Positions 43,301 through 56,100 of a stretch of 64,000 nt of DNA are shown here, piece after piece. Within the stretch, counting starts at the first letter, position 1, and each line of letters starts with the position of its first letter. Under the pieces are notes generated by a model. That model made no database searches. It was given only the letters and a program-made list of their open reading frames with translations, and was not told the DNA's origin. Made by a program: the position numbers and the translations under genes. This stretch comes from Lama guanicoe. Taxonomy: Eukaryota. The DNA lies in the NCBI GenBank assembly GCA_013239625.1, contig MU054163.1, positions 1-64,000 on the forward strand, in the 5' to 3' direction.

Positions 43301-46088
43301 TGCCTCTCCTCAGGTGGAACAGGCATCAGGTCTGGACACACTCCCCAGGCCCAGATGGACACTCAGGTGATAAGCATGCACTGACATGCATGACCCACAC
43401 AGAAGACCTGCAAAAGAGGGCAGCCCTGCCCTGGAGACTCACGAGCTCCCACCCAGGCTGCCCTGGAGCCGCTTCATTAGGCTCTTCTTTTTCTTTTCCT
43501 GTGCAGCGGCCAGCCTGCAGCTAACCAGCCGCAGTGCCTGTCCTGCTGGGCAGCACCGAATGCAGTAGCTCAGGACGGCCAGATCCATTCGACTCAGGTG
43601 CACTCGCTCCAGGGCCAGCTCTGGGAGGCCACGCAGGGCCTGGCACACGAAGGCATCCTCCTGGGTCTCATAGAGGCAGTACAGTAGCTCCAGCGGGTAG
43701 TTGAGCTCCTCTCCCTCCTCCTCCTCTGGCTCCTCAGCACCCTGGAGCACTTGGGTCTTCTCCGTCCCCTCTGTCACCCTCCTAGGGCAGTCCTGACCCT
43801 GGTCCTGCACCCACCTCAGGACATCCTGCTTCACCCGCTCTGAAACTGCGCAGCCAAAGTGGCGCTCGATGTCCTGCATCCTCTCCGCGCTCAGCAGTCC
43901 GAAGAGAAAGCGAATAGTGAGTGCGAGGTGGCAGCGCAGCTCTGCGTCCCCCCGCAGAAGTGCCCCTACGCCGCCAAGGGGTGCCCTGGGGGCCCCTTCG
44001 TCCTCCAGCAGGTAGGACAGCGCGGCAAAGAACTCCTGGAAGCTCTGGTCCATGAACTGGTAGGTGACCTCGGTCTCCAGCACTCCTGGCAGCTCCTTCC
44101 TGCTGAGAAACAGCGTCTGGACTTTGGAGCCACGAAGCTCCAGTCGTTCCAGGTCCTTCTCGGAAAACTGCGCCCTGCGCCGGAGGACGCCTTCACGGGC
44201 CAGGCGGGACAGCTTGCGCAGCTCGTCCTGCACCCGGCGCCCGTCCGCAGCAGGCGCGGATCTCAGGACGCTGGAGATGAAAAGCAGGTACACGGACGTG
44301 GTGGTTTTGGAGGTGCGCGACAGGTCCTGGCCGAGCTCGAGCTGCTGGCGCAGCACGGTGCACACGATCCAGCACACGAAGGGCACGAAGCACAGCGAGA
44401 ACAGGGTCTCGTTCTCCTTCACGAAGCGGTAGGCACGCTCCGCCCTCCACTCATCCTGGAAGAACTTGTAGAAGTACTTCTTCTTGTCCTTGTCGGAGAA
44501 GCCGCGCACCTCGGCGCACTGCGGTGAGCACAGACGGCCCTGCAGCTTCCCGGGGGCGGCGCCGCGCGTGGTCACCAGCAGGCGGGCCTCAGGCAGCAGC
44601 ACCTTGCTCAGCAGGCCGCCCAGCACCCGTGCGGCGCTCCCGACTTCAAAGGGGTCTATGCAGGGCGCGGTCTCGGCAGACCCCAACGCCGGCAGTTCAT
44701 CCACGCCATCCAGAATGAAGAGCAGCCTCTCGGACTGCGCTAGCATCTGCCTCACCGGCGCGCTGCGATCGGGGCACTGGTCTAGGATGAGGTCGGCCAG
44801 GCTGCACGTGCCCGGTCGCTCCAGTAGCTCGCGGCAAGGCATGAAGAAGGCGAAGTCCACCTGGCCGTGGTACAGCTTGCCCGCCGCCCAGTCGTACAGA
44901 ATTTTCTTGGCCGCCATGGTTTTGCCGATGCCCGCCGGGCCCTGCAGCACCACGGTCAGCGGTCTCTGGCCCTCCTCGTCGCGTCGGAACAGGCGATTGA
45001 AGGTGTGCGTGTCCGAACGTCGGGCGCGTTCCCGCTCCGGCTCCTCCGCAGGCTCCTGAGCCGGGTGCTCCGGGACAGCGCTCTCGGGCGCGATGAGCAG
45101 CTTGGTGAAGCGCTTGGTGATCTTCACGGAGCGGGCGTTCCTCTCCTTCACCTTGGCGTGCTGCCGCAGCACGTGCTCTCGGTATTTCTTCTTGTACTCT
45201 GGGGGTGGGGAGGGGAGGGGAGGGACAGAGGAGAGGAGAACCGCGGGCCGCGGATGAGACGGGCTGTGCCGGCCGACCCTCGGGGGCCCGTTGCCCTCCC
45301 ACCGGGCTCAGGCCTCAGTTTCCCCTGTCGCACCATCGCCTCCCCCCACCCCGACTCTCACTCCCGCCGGCCTTCGCACACCCGCTTCTCCCTGGGACCA
45401 GCGGTTTGGAACCTCCGAGAGGCGTCGAGGGCACTCGTGAGCCAAGCCCAGTGCTCACGGCCCCAGGACAGCTCGGGACTTCCCCCTCCCACCTAGGACG
45501 ACCTACCAGACACGGAGAGCAGCGCGGAGGAGCTGGGGCCGAGTCCTGGAAGGGAGAGCTAAGGTGAGACCCCCTCACCAAGTGTGCGGTGTGGGGCGGG
45601 GCGCAATCCGGGGGCGGGGCCTCACGCACGATTCCGGCCCCAAGACCCGCGAATTTGTGGGTGAAATGTGCCCAGGCCGGAGGCGCGCCACTGCTTTTCT
45701 GGGGAAGCAGAAGGAAGGGGGCCTTTGGCCAGGACTCTGCACAGGCAGGAGAAAGGAGGGGCAGGGACTCAGGGAAATCCCCACCCCCACCCCCGCGCTC
45801 ACTCTGCAGCCGCTGCTCCTTGAGCCTCGCCGCCACGTTGCGCACGTCCGCCCTCTTCAAGGTCTTTCGGGCAACGTCCAGCGCGGGCTCTGGTCCGTAG
45901 AAGTCGATCAGCTCCTCCGCAAGGTCCATGGCGTTCGCATTCTCCAGCCGCCCCCAGGGAATGCTGCGGCCGTCCAGCGGCGCGTCCCGCAACTTGTGGC
46001 GGAAGCGCTTCAGCTGCTGCTGGCTCAGGTCTTCGAGAGCAGCCAGGAGCAGCTCGCGGGCAGCGCCAGCGACAGCGTCGGGCTCCAT
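40345..46088 (-). CDS. NLRP6: NACHT, LRR and PYD domains-containing protein 6, ~883 aa from the exon-2 ATG
   Basis: Exons: 46089-45803 (PYD: ARELLLAALEDLSQQQLKRFRHKL), 45545-45507, 45198-43443 (NACHT: GPAGIGKT Walker A, LFILDGVDE Walker B, KDKKKY, acidic tract), 42519(or 42522)-42427, 41377-41207, 41129-40962 (LRR), 40483-40345 (TGA). The frame is intact at 2652 nt. A vestigial coding exon 1 lies at 46914-46886. Confidence 0.96.
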
Positions 46089-46420
46089 GCTGCGGGCGAG
46101 CGCACGGCGTTAGCACCTGTGCTGCGCCCCAGTGACCCTTGTCCCTCCCTGCCGCCCCCGACCCCTACGCCGGGCGCCCAAGATCCGCAGGGTCTTAGAC
46201 GCGCTCGCAACGCGCCTGGTGGCTCCAGGCCAAGCTTGGTAGCGCTCTAGGGGAACGGTCGTCCTCCCCTCCCAGGACTCCGACCAGGAGATTTGCTCCG
46301 AGGCGTTCCATCGCTTTGCCGCCGACTGTGTCGCGGCCTGGTGGTGAAGTGGGATTACTCTCCGGCAGGCGCTGGCTGCCGCTGAACCAAGCCCCAGGGA
46401 GCGCCTTCCTGCTACGCACC
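43850..46420. other. Intragenic CpG island over NLRP6 exons 2-4
   Basis: Visibly high GC and CpG density in both exons and introns (not computed). Confidence 0.7.
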
Positions 46421-46885
46421 TCCCTTCCCGCTGGTACCTTCCACAGGTCCAGGTAAAACGCCCCAGATGAGATGTCTACAAAGGCCTGTGCTCTCCCCTC
46501 TCCTGTGTCTCCCTCCCTTCCCTCCATTCTTCTCCCTAGCAGCCTGGAGCAGAGCTGGCCTCAGCAGGGGGCCACAGTTCCCCCTCTGGCTCAAGTTGTG
46601 TTCTTGAATTCCCCAGGACACCCGTGCTCACTACACCCTTTGGTGGGGCCCAGCCTGGGGGCCTTGTACCAGCCACTGAGACTGAGCCCCTGGTGGGAGA
46701 CAGACAGCTACAGATGCCCTCTGGGGGATAGAGTCCCTAGAATCCTGAGCCTGGGGTCAGCGGGGGAGGGTTGTGTCTAAGGGGGTGGGGAGTGAAGTCC
46801 CAGGGAGTCAGTAGGGTGAGGCAGAGGACCCAGAGGGCTGAGACCAGCTAATTCCCAAGTGACTGCTCTGAAAGCCAGCACTTAC

Positions 46886-46914
46886 CTGGAGCAGGAGGCC
46901 TCTGGCTGGTCCAC
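46886..46914 (-). other. NLRP6: NLRP6 exon 1 segment (ancestrally coding MDQPEAPCS; here begins with GTG)
   Basis: GTG GAC CAG CCA GAG GCC TCC TGC TCC AG|GTAAG has a strong donor and is in phase with the acceptor at 46089. Confidence 0.85.
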
Positions 46915-47634
46915 AAAGACTGGCCCCTAAGTCTAGCACTCAGGAACAGAGGTGGGGATCAGAGAAGTGACCCCTGCCCAGGCTAACTGGAGTCAAGTCC
47001 TAGGGAGATTGTCTAGTCCCGTCCATGCCCCCAGACCCAGGTGTTCTAGTTCAGGCAACACTGAGATGTTCAGCAGTCACCAAGCTCCCAAACTCAGACA
47101 CTGTGGCACCTGCATACCACCAGCCTTTAAGAGCTCTGCTTAGTGACCTTTGATTTTCTACTGTTCCTTTATCCAGTTCATGTTCTCTGAAAACCAGTGG
47201 GGTGTGGCAGCAAGGCATGGCTGTGAGCAGGTAACTGCAGAACAAGGTGGGCTGCATGGAGGAGGTGGCTGACTCAGAACAAGACCTTAAAGTTTAAGGC
47301 CTCAAGACAGATTAACTTCTGAAGACAAGGATGAGGGAGGGTCTCCTAGGTAGAGGGAACACTGAGAACAAAGGAAGGATTTGCATGGTGTTATCAGGGA
47401 AAGGAAAGCTGTCACCTAGGAATCAAGAAATAATGGGACCGGGAAGAGTTCTGTGGTTTCCCAAACCTGGCTGGAGCAGGCTGATGGGAAGAGGTTTGGA
47501 CCTGAGGAGTATGTGTGACCTACAAGTGGCTCCGTGTGACCCCATGAATGTGGGCTTCTATTGACAGTGCCCATGTGAAATGTGGGGCGTGTGTATGTCT
47601 GCGTCTGCATGTGTGACCACCTTAATACTGTGTT

Positions 47635-48312
47635 TGTGCGGATGTGTTTGTGGTGGGGTAAATAGCAGTCCCTGATAATATCGGGTCCTAGTCCCTGGAA
47701 CCTGTGAATGCTCCTTTATACACCACAAAGGCGTTTGCAGATGTGATTAAATTGAGGGTCTTAAACAACAAGCTCATACTGTAGAGCACAGGGAAGTACA
47801 CTCAACATCTTGTAGTAACTTACGGTGAGAAAGAATATGTATGTTCCTATATGACTGAAGTATTGTGCTGTACACCAGAAAATGATACAACATTGTAAAC
47901 TGACTATATTTCAATAAAAACTTATGAAAAAATTGAGGATCTTAAGATGGGGAGATTATCTTGGATTGTTATTATTTAATATCATCACAAGTGTCATAGG
48001 ATAGAGACAGAGGGAGATTTGGCACAGAAGAAGAGGGCAGTGTGACACTGGGGCAAGACGTTGGCTACTGGCTTTGAAGATAGAGGGAGGGGCCATGAGC
48101 CAAGGAGTGCAAGGAACCCAGCTCCAGAAGCTGGAGATGCAGCTGGAGAGGGAAGGCGGTCTCCCCTGGAGCCTCCGGAGGGAGAGCAACACCTGGCTCT
48201 CAGCCCAGTGAAACTGATTTTGGACTTCCGACCTCCAGAACTGTAAGAGAATAAGTGTGTGTTGTTTTAAGCCATCAAGTTTATAGTAACTAGCTTAGCA
48301 GCCACGGGAGAT
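47635..48312 (+). mobile_element. MaLR LTR (MLT1D-like) interrupted by a short L1 3' tail (47765-47929)
   Basis: MLT1 motifs. The insert is flanked by TSD AAATTGAGG(G/A)TCTTAA at 47749-47764 and 47930-47945. Confidence 0.8.
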
Positions 48313-48564
48313 AAACACAGTATCTCTCTGAGAGAACTTGTGTGAGTGAGCACTTCTGTGAGAGTGTGTCTGCAAGAACAGGGGCTCTGGGACAGTCACT
48401 GCCTTTCTGGCTCCGTATGTCATCCCTGTGTTTGGTTCTGCTTCCATCAGGAGCCTTGAGAGCTGCACTTGGGGAGGGAACCCAGAGTTCAGGGAGCCTC
48501 TGTTCTGCTGGCCCTTCCCCAGGAGCAAGAGGTCCATGGAGGTGCCCATTCTACCTAAGAGTTT

Positions 48565-49520
48565 TGTGTTTTATTGAAGTAGTTGATTTACAATGTTGTG
48601 TTAGTTTCTGGTGTACAGCAGAGTGATTCAGTTATACATTTATATATATATATTCTTTTTCATATTCTTTTTATTATAGTTTATTACAAACTATTGAATA
48701 TAGTTCCCTGTGCTATATAGGACCTTGTTTATGTATTTTATATATAGTAGTTAGTATCTGCAAGCCCCAAATTCCTAATTTATCCCTGCCTCTTTCCCCT
48801 TTGGTAATCATAAGTTTGTTTTCTATGTCTGTGAGTCTGTTTCTGTTTTGTAAATTAGTTCATTTGTACCAATTTTTAGATTCTACATATAATTGATATC
48901 ATATATTTGTCTTTCTCTGTCTCACTTCGCTTAATATGATAATCTCTAGGTTCATCCATGTTGCTGCAAATGTCATTATTTTATTCTTTTTTATGGCTGA
49001 GTAGTATTCCATTGTATAAATATATCACAACTTCTTTATCCAGTCATCTGTTGATGGACATTTAGGCTATTTCCATGTCTTGGTTATTGTAAATAGTGCT
49101 GCTATGAACACTGGGGTGATGCATCTGTTTGAATTAGAGTTTTCTCTGGATACCTGCCCGGGAGTGGGATTGCTGGGTCATATGGCAAGTCTATTTTGAG
49201 TTTTGTAAGGAATCTCCATTCTATTTTCCATACTGGCTGCACCAAACTACATTCCCACCAACAGTGTAGGAGGGTCCCCTTTTCTCCACAGCCTCTCCAG
49301 CATTTATCGTTTGTGGACTTTTTAATGGTGGCTATTCTGGCATGTGTGAGGGGATACCTCATTGTAGATTTGATTTACGTTTCTCTGATAATTAGCGATG
49401 TTGAGCATCTTTTCACGTGCCCACTGGCCCTCTGGAGGTGTTCATGGGAGTAATGTCTGTTTAGGTCTTCTGCCTTTATTTTGATACGGTTGCTTGTTTT
49501 TTTGTTACTGAGTTGTACTA
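48565..49520 (-). mobile_element. LINE-1 3' end
   Basis: ORF2 C-terminal peptide [33 protein letters not shown] plus 3' UTR, similar to 16960-17950. Confidence 0.92.
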
Positions 49521-50374
49521 CCTATGAGTTCTCTTTCTATTTAATGCAAACAGACCTCATCACTCCCTGAGGAGGGCTCAGGTGGTTTCATCCACACTCA
49601 CATCTACCCCAAGGTAGCCTCCTTACTCTCTCCTGCTGACTGCCCCCCATGCAGGCAGCCTCCTGGGTACAGAGCAGGATGGGTGAGGGGAAAGCCTGGA
49701 GGAGACACGCCAGCACACATCCTGGTGGGAGGGATACTTTGTGCTTTTTAAAAACATGAACAAGTCTCATTTGTCCCCATAGAGCCCTGAGAGGATGAGG
49801 CAGCAAGCCTGCCCCATGGGTTGAAGCAGCCCCCCCCACCTCAGGCCAGGCCCAGAGTAGGGACGAGATCTTCACCCCAATTGTGGTGTGGGCAGCACCC
49901 AACAAAGCAGAAGAGCGGACGAGGTCTCCTTGGGGTTAGGGTCCTGGAGACAAGCCCCGAGCAGAGTCTGGCTTCAGCTGCCAGGGGGCAACTTCTGTGA
50001 ACACCGTGTGGGGTCCCAGCTCCTCTGACATGCTGTGATTCTGCAGAGAGCTTTCCCAGGCAAAGCAACAGCTTAGACAACAAATGCAGATGTTTCAGAG
50101 CTGGGCTGCGGACAGAATCTGGCCCTGCGCAGTTCGGTGGGCATCGTGGGGCCCCTGAGCCACAGCCCCACTGCTGAAGACCCAGCGCGCCCCTCACTGA
50201 GCCCTTCATTGAGCCCCAAGATGCAACACTGATTCCCACACAGGCCACTGCTGTTTTTCTCCTAAATGCACATTCACTTTTCTCTCTCCACAGTATAAAT
50301 TCTTGAAAGCAAGCTCTCTACAACTGAACCCTCTCTCCCTTTCATTGTTGTTTTAGACTGAAGAGTACAATCTT

Positions 50375-50520
50375 CTAAACCAGGCTGTCTGGGATCAAAT
50401 CTTGGCCCCACCACCCAATAGCTGGGTGACCTTGGACAAGTTACTTAACCTGTCTGTGTCTCCATTTCCTCATCTGTAGAATGGCATGATAACAGAACCT
50501 CAGTGTCGAGGGCTGTAACA
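50375..50520 (+). mobile_element. MIR
   Basis: GTGACCTTGGACAAGTTACTTAACCTGTCTGTGTCTCCATTTCCTCATCTGTAGAATGG. Confidence 0.8.
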
Positions 50521-51569
50521 CATGTGCCTAGCGCCTTCTGGGCATTAATTATCATCACCACTCAGGTCCTGTGGGTAACCCCCTCACTATGAAGCTACAT
50601 TTTCTGGGGTCACCAAGACTGTTCCAATTTCTAAACCACTTCAGTTCTGATTCCACTTCACTTATCCTCAGCTCTTAGCCCTGCTGACCATGAACTTTTC
50701 CTCAAAATGGTCCTTTCCTTTTGTCGAAGGAACCAAGGGTGCAGGTCAGAGATAACACTGGGGCCCCGGTAACGTGGGGCTGAGGCGTGTGTCTGGTGCA
50801 TTCTGCCACAACCAGCCTGGGAAGGGTCCTGAGGTCATGGCGTGGGGGTGCTAAGGTCAGCCCATCTCCTAATATGGACCCTCCTTGAGTGGACTCTGCC
50901 CTCACAAACTCTCAGCACCTGCTGAGAGCAGCCCTGGAGCCAGCATTTCCAAGAACCTTTGCCTGGACCTGAGCTGAGGAGGTGGGGTGGGTGGGTGGGG
51001 TTGGGAGCAGAGGGAAGGAGAGGCCAAGAGAGCAGGGAGAGGAGAGGTTAGTGAACTGATGAGAAAAAGAAAATGAGAGCAGGGAGGGGAGGGGAGCCAG
51101 CATGCACATTGCCAATCTGCTCTGGGCTGTGTCACCCACAGGGCTTAGCTTCTCCGGAGGGCCACTTCAAAAGATATGACTTTTAAATTGTTAACAATGA
51201 TTTACACTGCATTGTGAATTTCCTCAAAGTCCCTCCCACCGGATTTCATTACCCAACAAAGTTTCACGAAAATCTTTAATCCTTTCTTCCTCACTCTCAA
51301 GTGTTGTCCTCATGGCAGCTGCTAATGAGATCTCCCTGGAGTCCTCCTGACCGTGCCCTCAACATCACCCCCTCCGCCTTTGGGGTTTGAAAAGCCTAGT
51401 TCTTGAGCACTTGGTGTGCCCTGAATAGAGTCCTTCTTTCCCTGTTCTGAGCACCCTATTTATATCTTGACCTCAGAGAAAGAACCACTGAAGGGTCCAT
51501 GACCTCTTTCTCTGGAGGAGCGGGTAAGGGGAGGGCAAAAATGGACCTATAGCTGACCCACTCCCTGTA

Positions 51570-53101
51570 CACCAACAAAATAGATGGTTTAGATGAAGCG
51601 GACAAATTCCTAAGAAGACATAAACTACTGACACTGACTCAAAAGAACATTTAAAGTCTGACTAGATCCATAGCAAGTAAAGAGACTGAATTAATAATCA
51701 AAAACTTCTCACAAAGAAGAGCCCAAGCCAAGATAGCATCCGTGGTGATGCTACTGAACATTTAAAGAAGAGTTACTGTTAGTCCTTCACAAACTCTTGC
51801 AAGAGGTATAAATGGAGGGAAACCTTCTCGCCTTGTTCTGTGAGGCCCTATGGCCCTGACACCCAAAGCAGGGCATTACAGACACGTGCCAGGAAAGCTG
51901 AAGACCAACACCCCTGATAAACACAGACACGAAAACCCTCAGTGACCCACTAGCAAGCAGAACTCCCTAACACGTAAGAAGACTGACAAGCCGTGACTAA
52001 ACGGCCTGGCTCCAGTAGTGCAAGGCTGGCTTGACCCCCAGATCCGCTAGTCTAGCAGGAGAGCCCTCGCTGCCCCCATCCTGCAGGAGCTGCCGGGCAT
52101 CCTGGGTGGCGCTCATTCCCCTTTTCTCTGAATGAGGTTTTTCACTGCAGCAATTCTTCTCCTTTTATACTCTTGCACCCTGGGATTTTGGAAGCGGATG
52201 TTTGATTTGTTGGCTGTCAGAAGTTCTGGTGACCACAAGTTTGAGATCAAAGTGTCAGCAGGGCTGATTTCTTCTAAGGCCTTTCTCTCTGATGTGTAGG
52301 TCACTGTCTTCTTCCAGGGTCTTCACACGGTCTTCCCTGCTGGTATCCAGTATGGATCTTAACAGAGCCCAGCCTACCTGGGGAAAGGACAGTATTCAAC
52401 CCTAGCCCTCGTTAGCCTTCCAGTCTCACTCAGAGAGAAAAATACCCTGGCCTTACCAACAGAGGAGCAAGGACAGGGTTACAGCAGACTTCTCAGAAAC
52501 CATGCAAGCAAGAGAGTGGGAGGAAATATTCAAACGGTTGAAAGAGTTCTTTACCCAGCGAAATTATACATCAGACATGAAAGAAATAAAGACTTCCTCA
52601 CACAAACAAAAACTGAGGGTGTTTCTCACTGGTAGAGCAGCCCTGAAAGAATTGTAAAGAGAAGTTCTTCAGAGAGAAGGAAAATGATACAGGTCAAAAT
52701 TCAGATCTACATAAATAATGAAGAACATTAATGAAAGAATAAATGAAGGTAAAATAAAGTCTGTGTTTCCAGTATGCTTAGCTGATCTATCAGTTTGCTC
52801 AAAATAATGAAATCAGTTTCAGGTGATTGTAGCTTGTGGGTAGGAAATGAGTGGTGACAGTGTGTGTGAGATGGAGGAAGACTGGGGATATGCTGGTCAT
52901 AGGGCTTTTGTGCTGCCTGCGAAGTTCTGGAGTGTTATTTGAAAATGGATTTAGATTGATTGTAAAAGTAGATTGTAAACTCTAGGGAAACCACTAAAGC
53001 ATTTAAAAAAAGACATATAATTGATATGTTAAGAGAATAAGAGAAATTTGAAAATCATATAAAGTACTCAAAACCAGAGAAGGTGGAAAAAGAGTGGAGG
53101 A

Positions 53102-53176
<75 letters not shown>

Positions 53177-56100
53177 AAGAAAGAAAGAAAGAAAAAGGCT
53201 TCAAATAGAAAATAGTTATAAATACGGTAAACATTAATCCAGCTATATCAATAACCACTTTAAATGTAAATGATCTAAATATACCAATTAAAAGAGAGAG
53301 ATTATCAGAGTGGATAAAAAACGTGATCCACAAGAAACCCACATTAAATATAAAGACACAATTACATTAAAAGTAAAGGAATGAAGAAAGATATACCATG
53401 CTAACACTAATCAAAACAAAAACAGTTTGATAAAGGTGATCAAAAGGCATAAGCTTCCAGTTATAAGATAAATGAAGATGAGAGATGTAACACGCTGCAG
53501 GATGACTGCAGCTAACACTGCTGTATGGTGTATGCGAAAACTGTTAAAAGAACAAATCCTAAGAATTCCTCCCAAGTGCATACATAACATTCACCAAGAA
53601 CGGCCACATTCTGGACCCTGAAACTCATCTTAACAAATTTAAAAGAACAGAAATCATATAATATCTGTTCTCAGACCACAGTGGAATTAACAATCACAGA
53701 AAGATAACTTAAAAATTCCAAAATGTTTGGAGATTTAAAAATACACTTCTACATAACACAGTGGTCAAAAGGAAGTCTCAAGGGAAATTTTAAAAATATT
53801 TTAACTAAGTGAAAGTAAAGATACAACTTACCGATATTGAAGGGATCCATCTAAAGCCATGCTTAGAGGGGTATTTATAGCATTGAATGCATAGATTAGA
53901 AAAGAAGAATGATTTAAAATCAGTGATGAAAGCTTCTACCTTAAGAAACTAGAAAAAGAAAGGTGAATGAGATCCAAAGCAAGCAGAAAAAACGAATAAT
54001 AAAAATTAGAGCAGGAATCAATGAAACCAAAAGCAGGAAGTTAAGAGAGAAAATCAAAGAATGAAAGATTAGTTATTTGAAAAGAGCAATAATATTCAAA
54101 AGCCTCTAGCCAGGCTAACCAAGAGAAAGGCAGATAAGGTAGATTACACAGGGGCCATTACTGCAGATCCCGCGAACATGGAGAGGATGATGACGGGGTA
54201 CTGCGAATAGCCCCATGCCCACGAAGGTGACAGCTTAGGTGAAATGGATCGGCTCCTTGGAACACACAGTCTACCAAAACTCACACAGGTAGATACTGTG
54301 AACATGTCTGCGTCCATCAAAGACACTGAATCACTGACTGACAACCTTCCAAAGCAGGAAGCATCAGGCCCAGACGGGCTCACTGGTGAATTCTACTAGA
54401 CATTTAAAGAAACGATGATGGTTCTCTACAATCTCTTCCAAATACCGAAGCAGAGGGAACACTTCCTAACTCATACTATGAAGCCATGTTTCCTTAATAC
54501 CAAAACTAGGTGAAGATATTATAAGAAAGGAAAATAATACGCCAGTTTCTCTCATGGGTAGATGCAAAACTCTTCAACAAAATTTTAGCAAGTTGAGTCC
54601 AGCATGTCTAACATGAATTATACAACACAACCATGTGAGCTTTACCCCAGGCGTGCAAGGCTGGTTTAATGTTAAAAATCAGCTGAGTGCAACCCAGCTA
54701 TTAATAGGCCAAGGAAGAGAAATCACATCATCATATCAATAAACTTTTAAAAAGCATTTGCAAACCCCACGCCCATTCATAGTGAAAGCTCTCAGCAAAC
54801 AGGAGCAGAGGGGAGTCTTTTAGTTAAGAAACAACAGCTGCCTAAAAGCCTACCGCTAGCATTGCGCTTGAGGTGAGAAGCCAGAAGCTGCCCCTCCCAG
54901 CTCAGGAGCAGCGCAGGGATCCTCTCTTCCACCCTTCACATTCCACAGAGGAGTCTTCATTATGCAATAAGACTCAGAAAGGTAACAGATGTGTGCAGAC
55001 TGGGAAGTGAAAGATAAGCTCTTTTTTCCCCACACATAATTGTCTATGTAGAAAATTCCAAAGAACAAAAACTCCTGGAACTAATAAGCAATTACAGCAA
55101 GGTTGCAGGACACAAGGTTCATGTGCAAAAGCTGCCTGCTTTCCTGTATGCCAGCCGTGAACAACTGGCATTTTCAATTAAAGCATATGTCATTTATATT
55201 AGCTCTAAAAAGTGAAATATATAGGTACAGATTCAGCAAAGTGTGTGCAAGATCCACATGAGGAAAACTGTGGTGCTCTGATGAGAGAAATCAAGGATCT
55301 AAATCAAGGGAGAAATGTTCCACATTCTACAGATAGAAAGACCCAATATTATTAAGATGCCAGTTTTTCTCAGATTGGTGTATAGATTCAGTGCAACCTC
55401 AGTCAAAATCCAGGCAAGTTATTTTGTGGGTATTTACAAATGGATACTGAAGTTTTCATGGAGAGGCAACAGACCCAGAATAGCCAACATGACAATGAGC
55501 AAGAACAAAATTGGGGACTGACACTACCTGGTTTTGAGACTTTCTGTAAACTCCAGTGATCAGGACAGGGTGGTGCTGGCAGAAGACTAGCCGCACGCAA
55601 CAGTGCAACAAAACAGAGAGTCCAGACGCAGACCCACACAAGCATAGTCAACACAACTTTTACACAGGAGCAAAGGCAATACAGTAGAGAAAGGAGAGCC
55701 TTTCTCCACAAGTGGTACTGAAACAATTGGACTTCCACGTGGGAAAAATCAACCTAGACACAGACTTTACACCTCTCATAAAATTAACTTGAAATGGATC
55801 ATAGATACAACTGTTACGTGCAAAATAATACAACTTTTAGAGGAAAATCTAGGTGACCTTGGTTTTGGCAATGATGTTTTAGATACAATGCCAAAATAAT
55901 GATCCATGAAAAAATGGATACATTTGACTCAATTAAAATGAAAAACTTCTAGTCTGCAAAAGACACTGTTCAGAGAATGAAAAGACAAGACACGGACTGG
56001 AAGAAAATTTTGCAAAAGACATATTTGATTAAAAGCTGTTATTTGAAATACATAAAAAGCTTTCTAGACTCGACAATAACAAAAAAATGACCTGCTTAAA

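Noticed and set aside
43859..46250. Antisense ORFs over NLRP6
   Set aside because: Expected by-product of high-GC codon usage on the coding strand.
51160..51300. HNF1/HNF4-like motifs as an NLRP6 gut/liver enhancer
   Set aside because: Only partial matches, with no supporting evidence from sequence alone.
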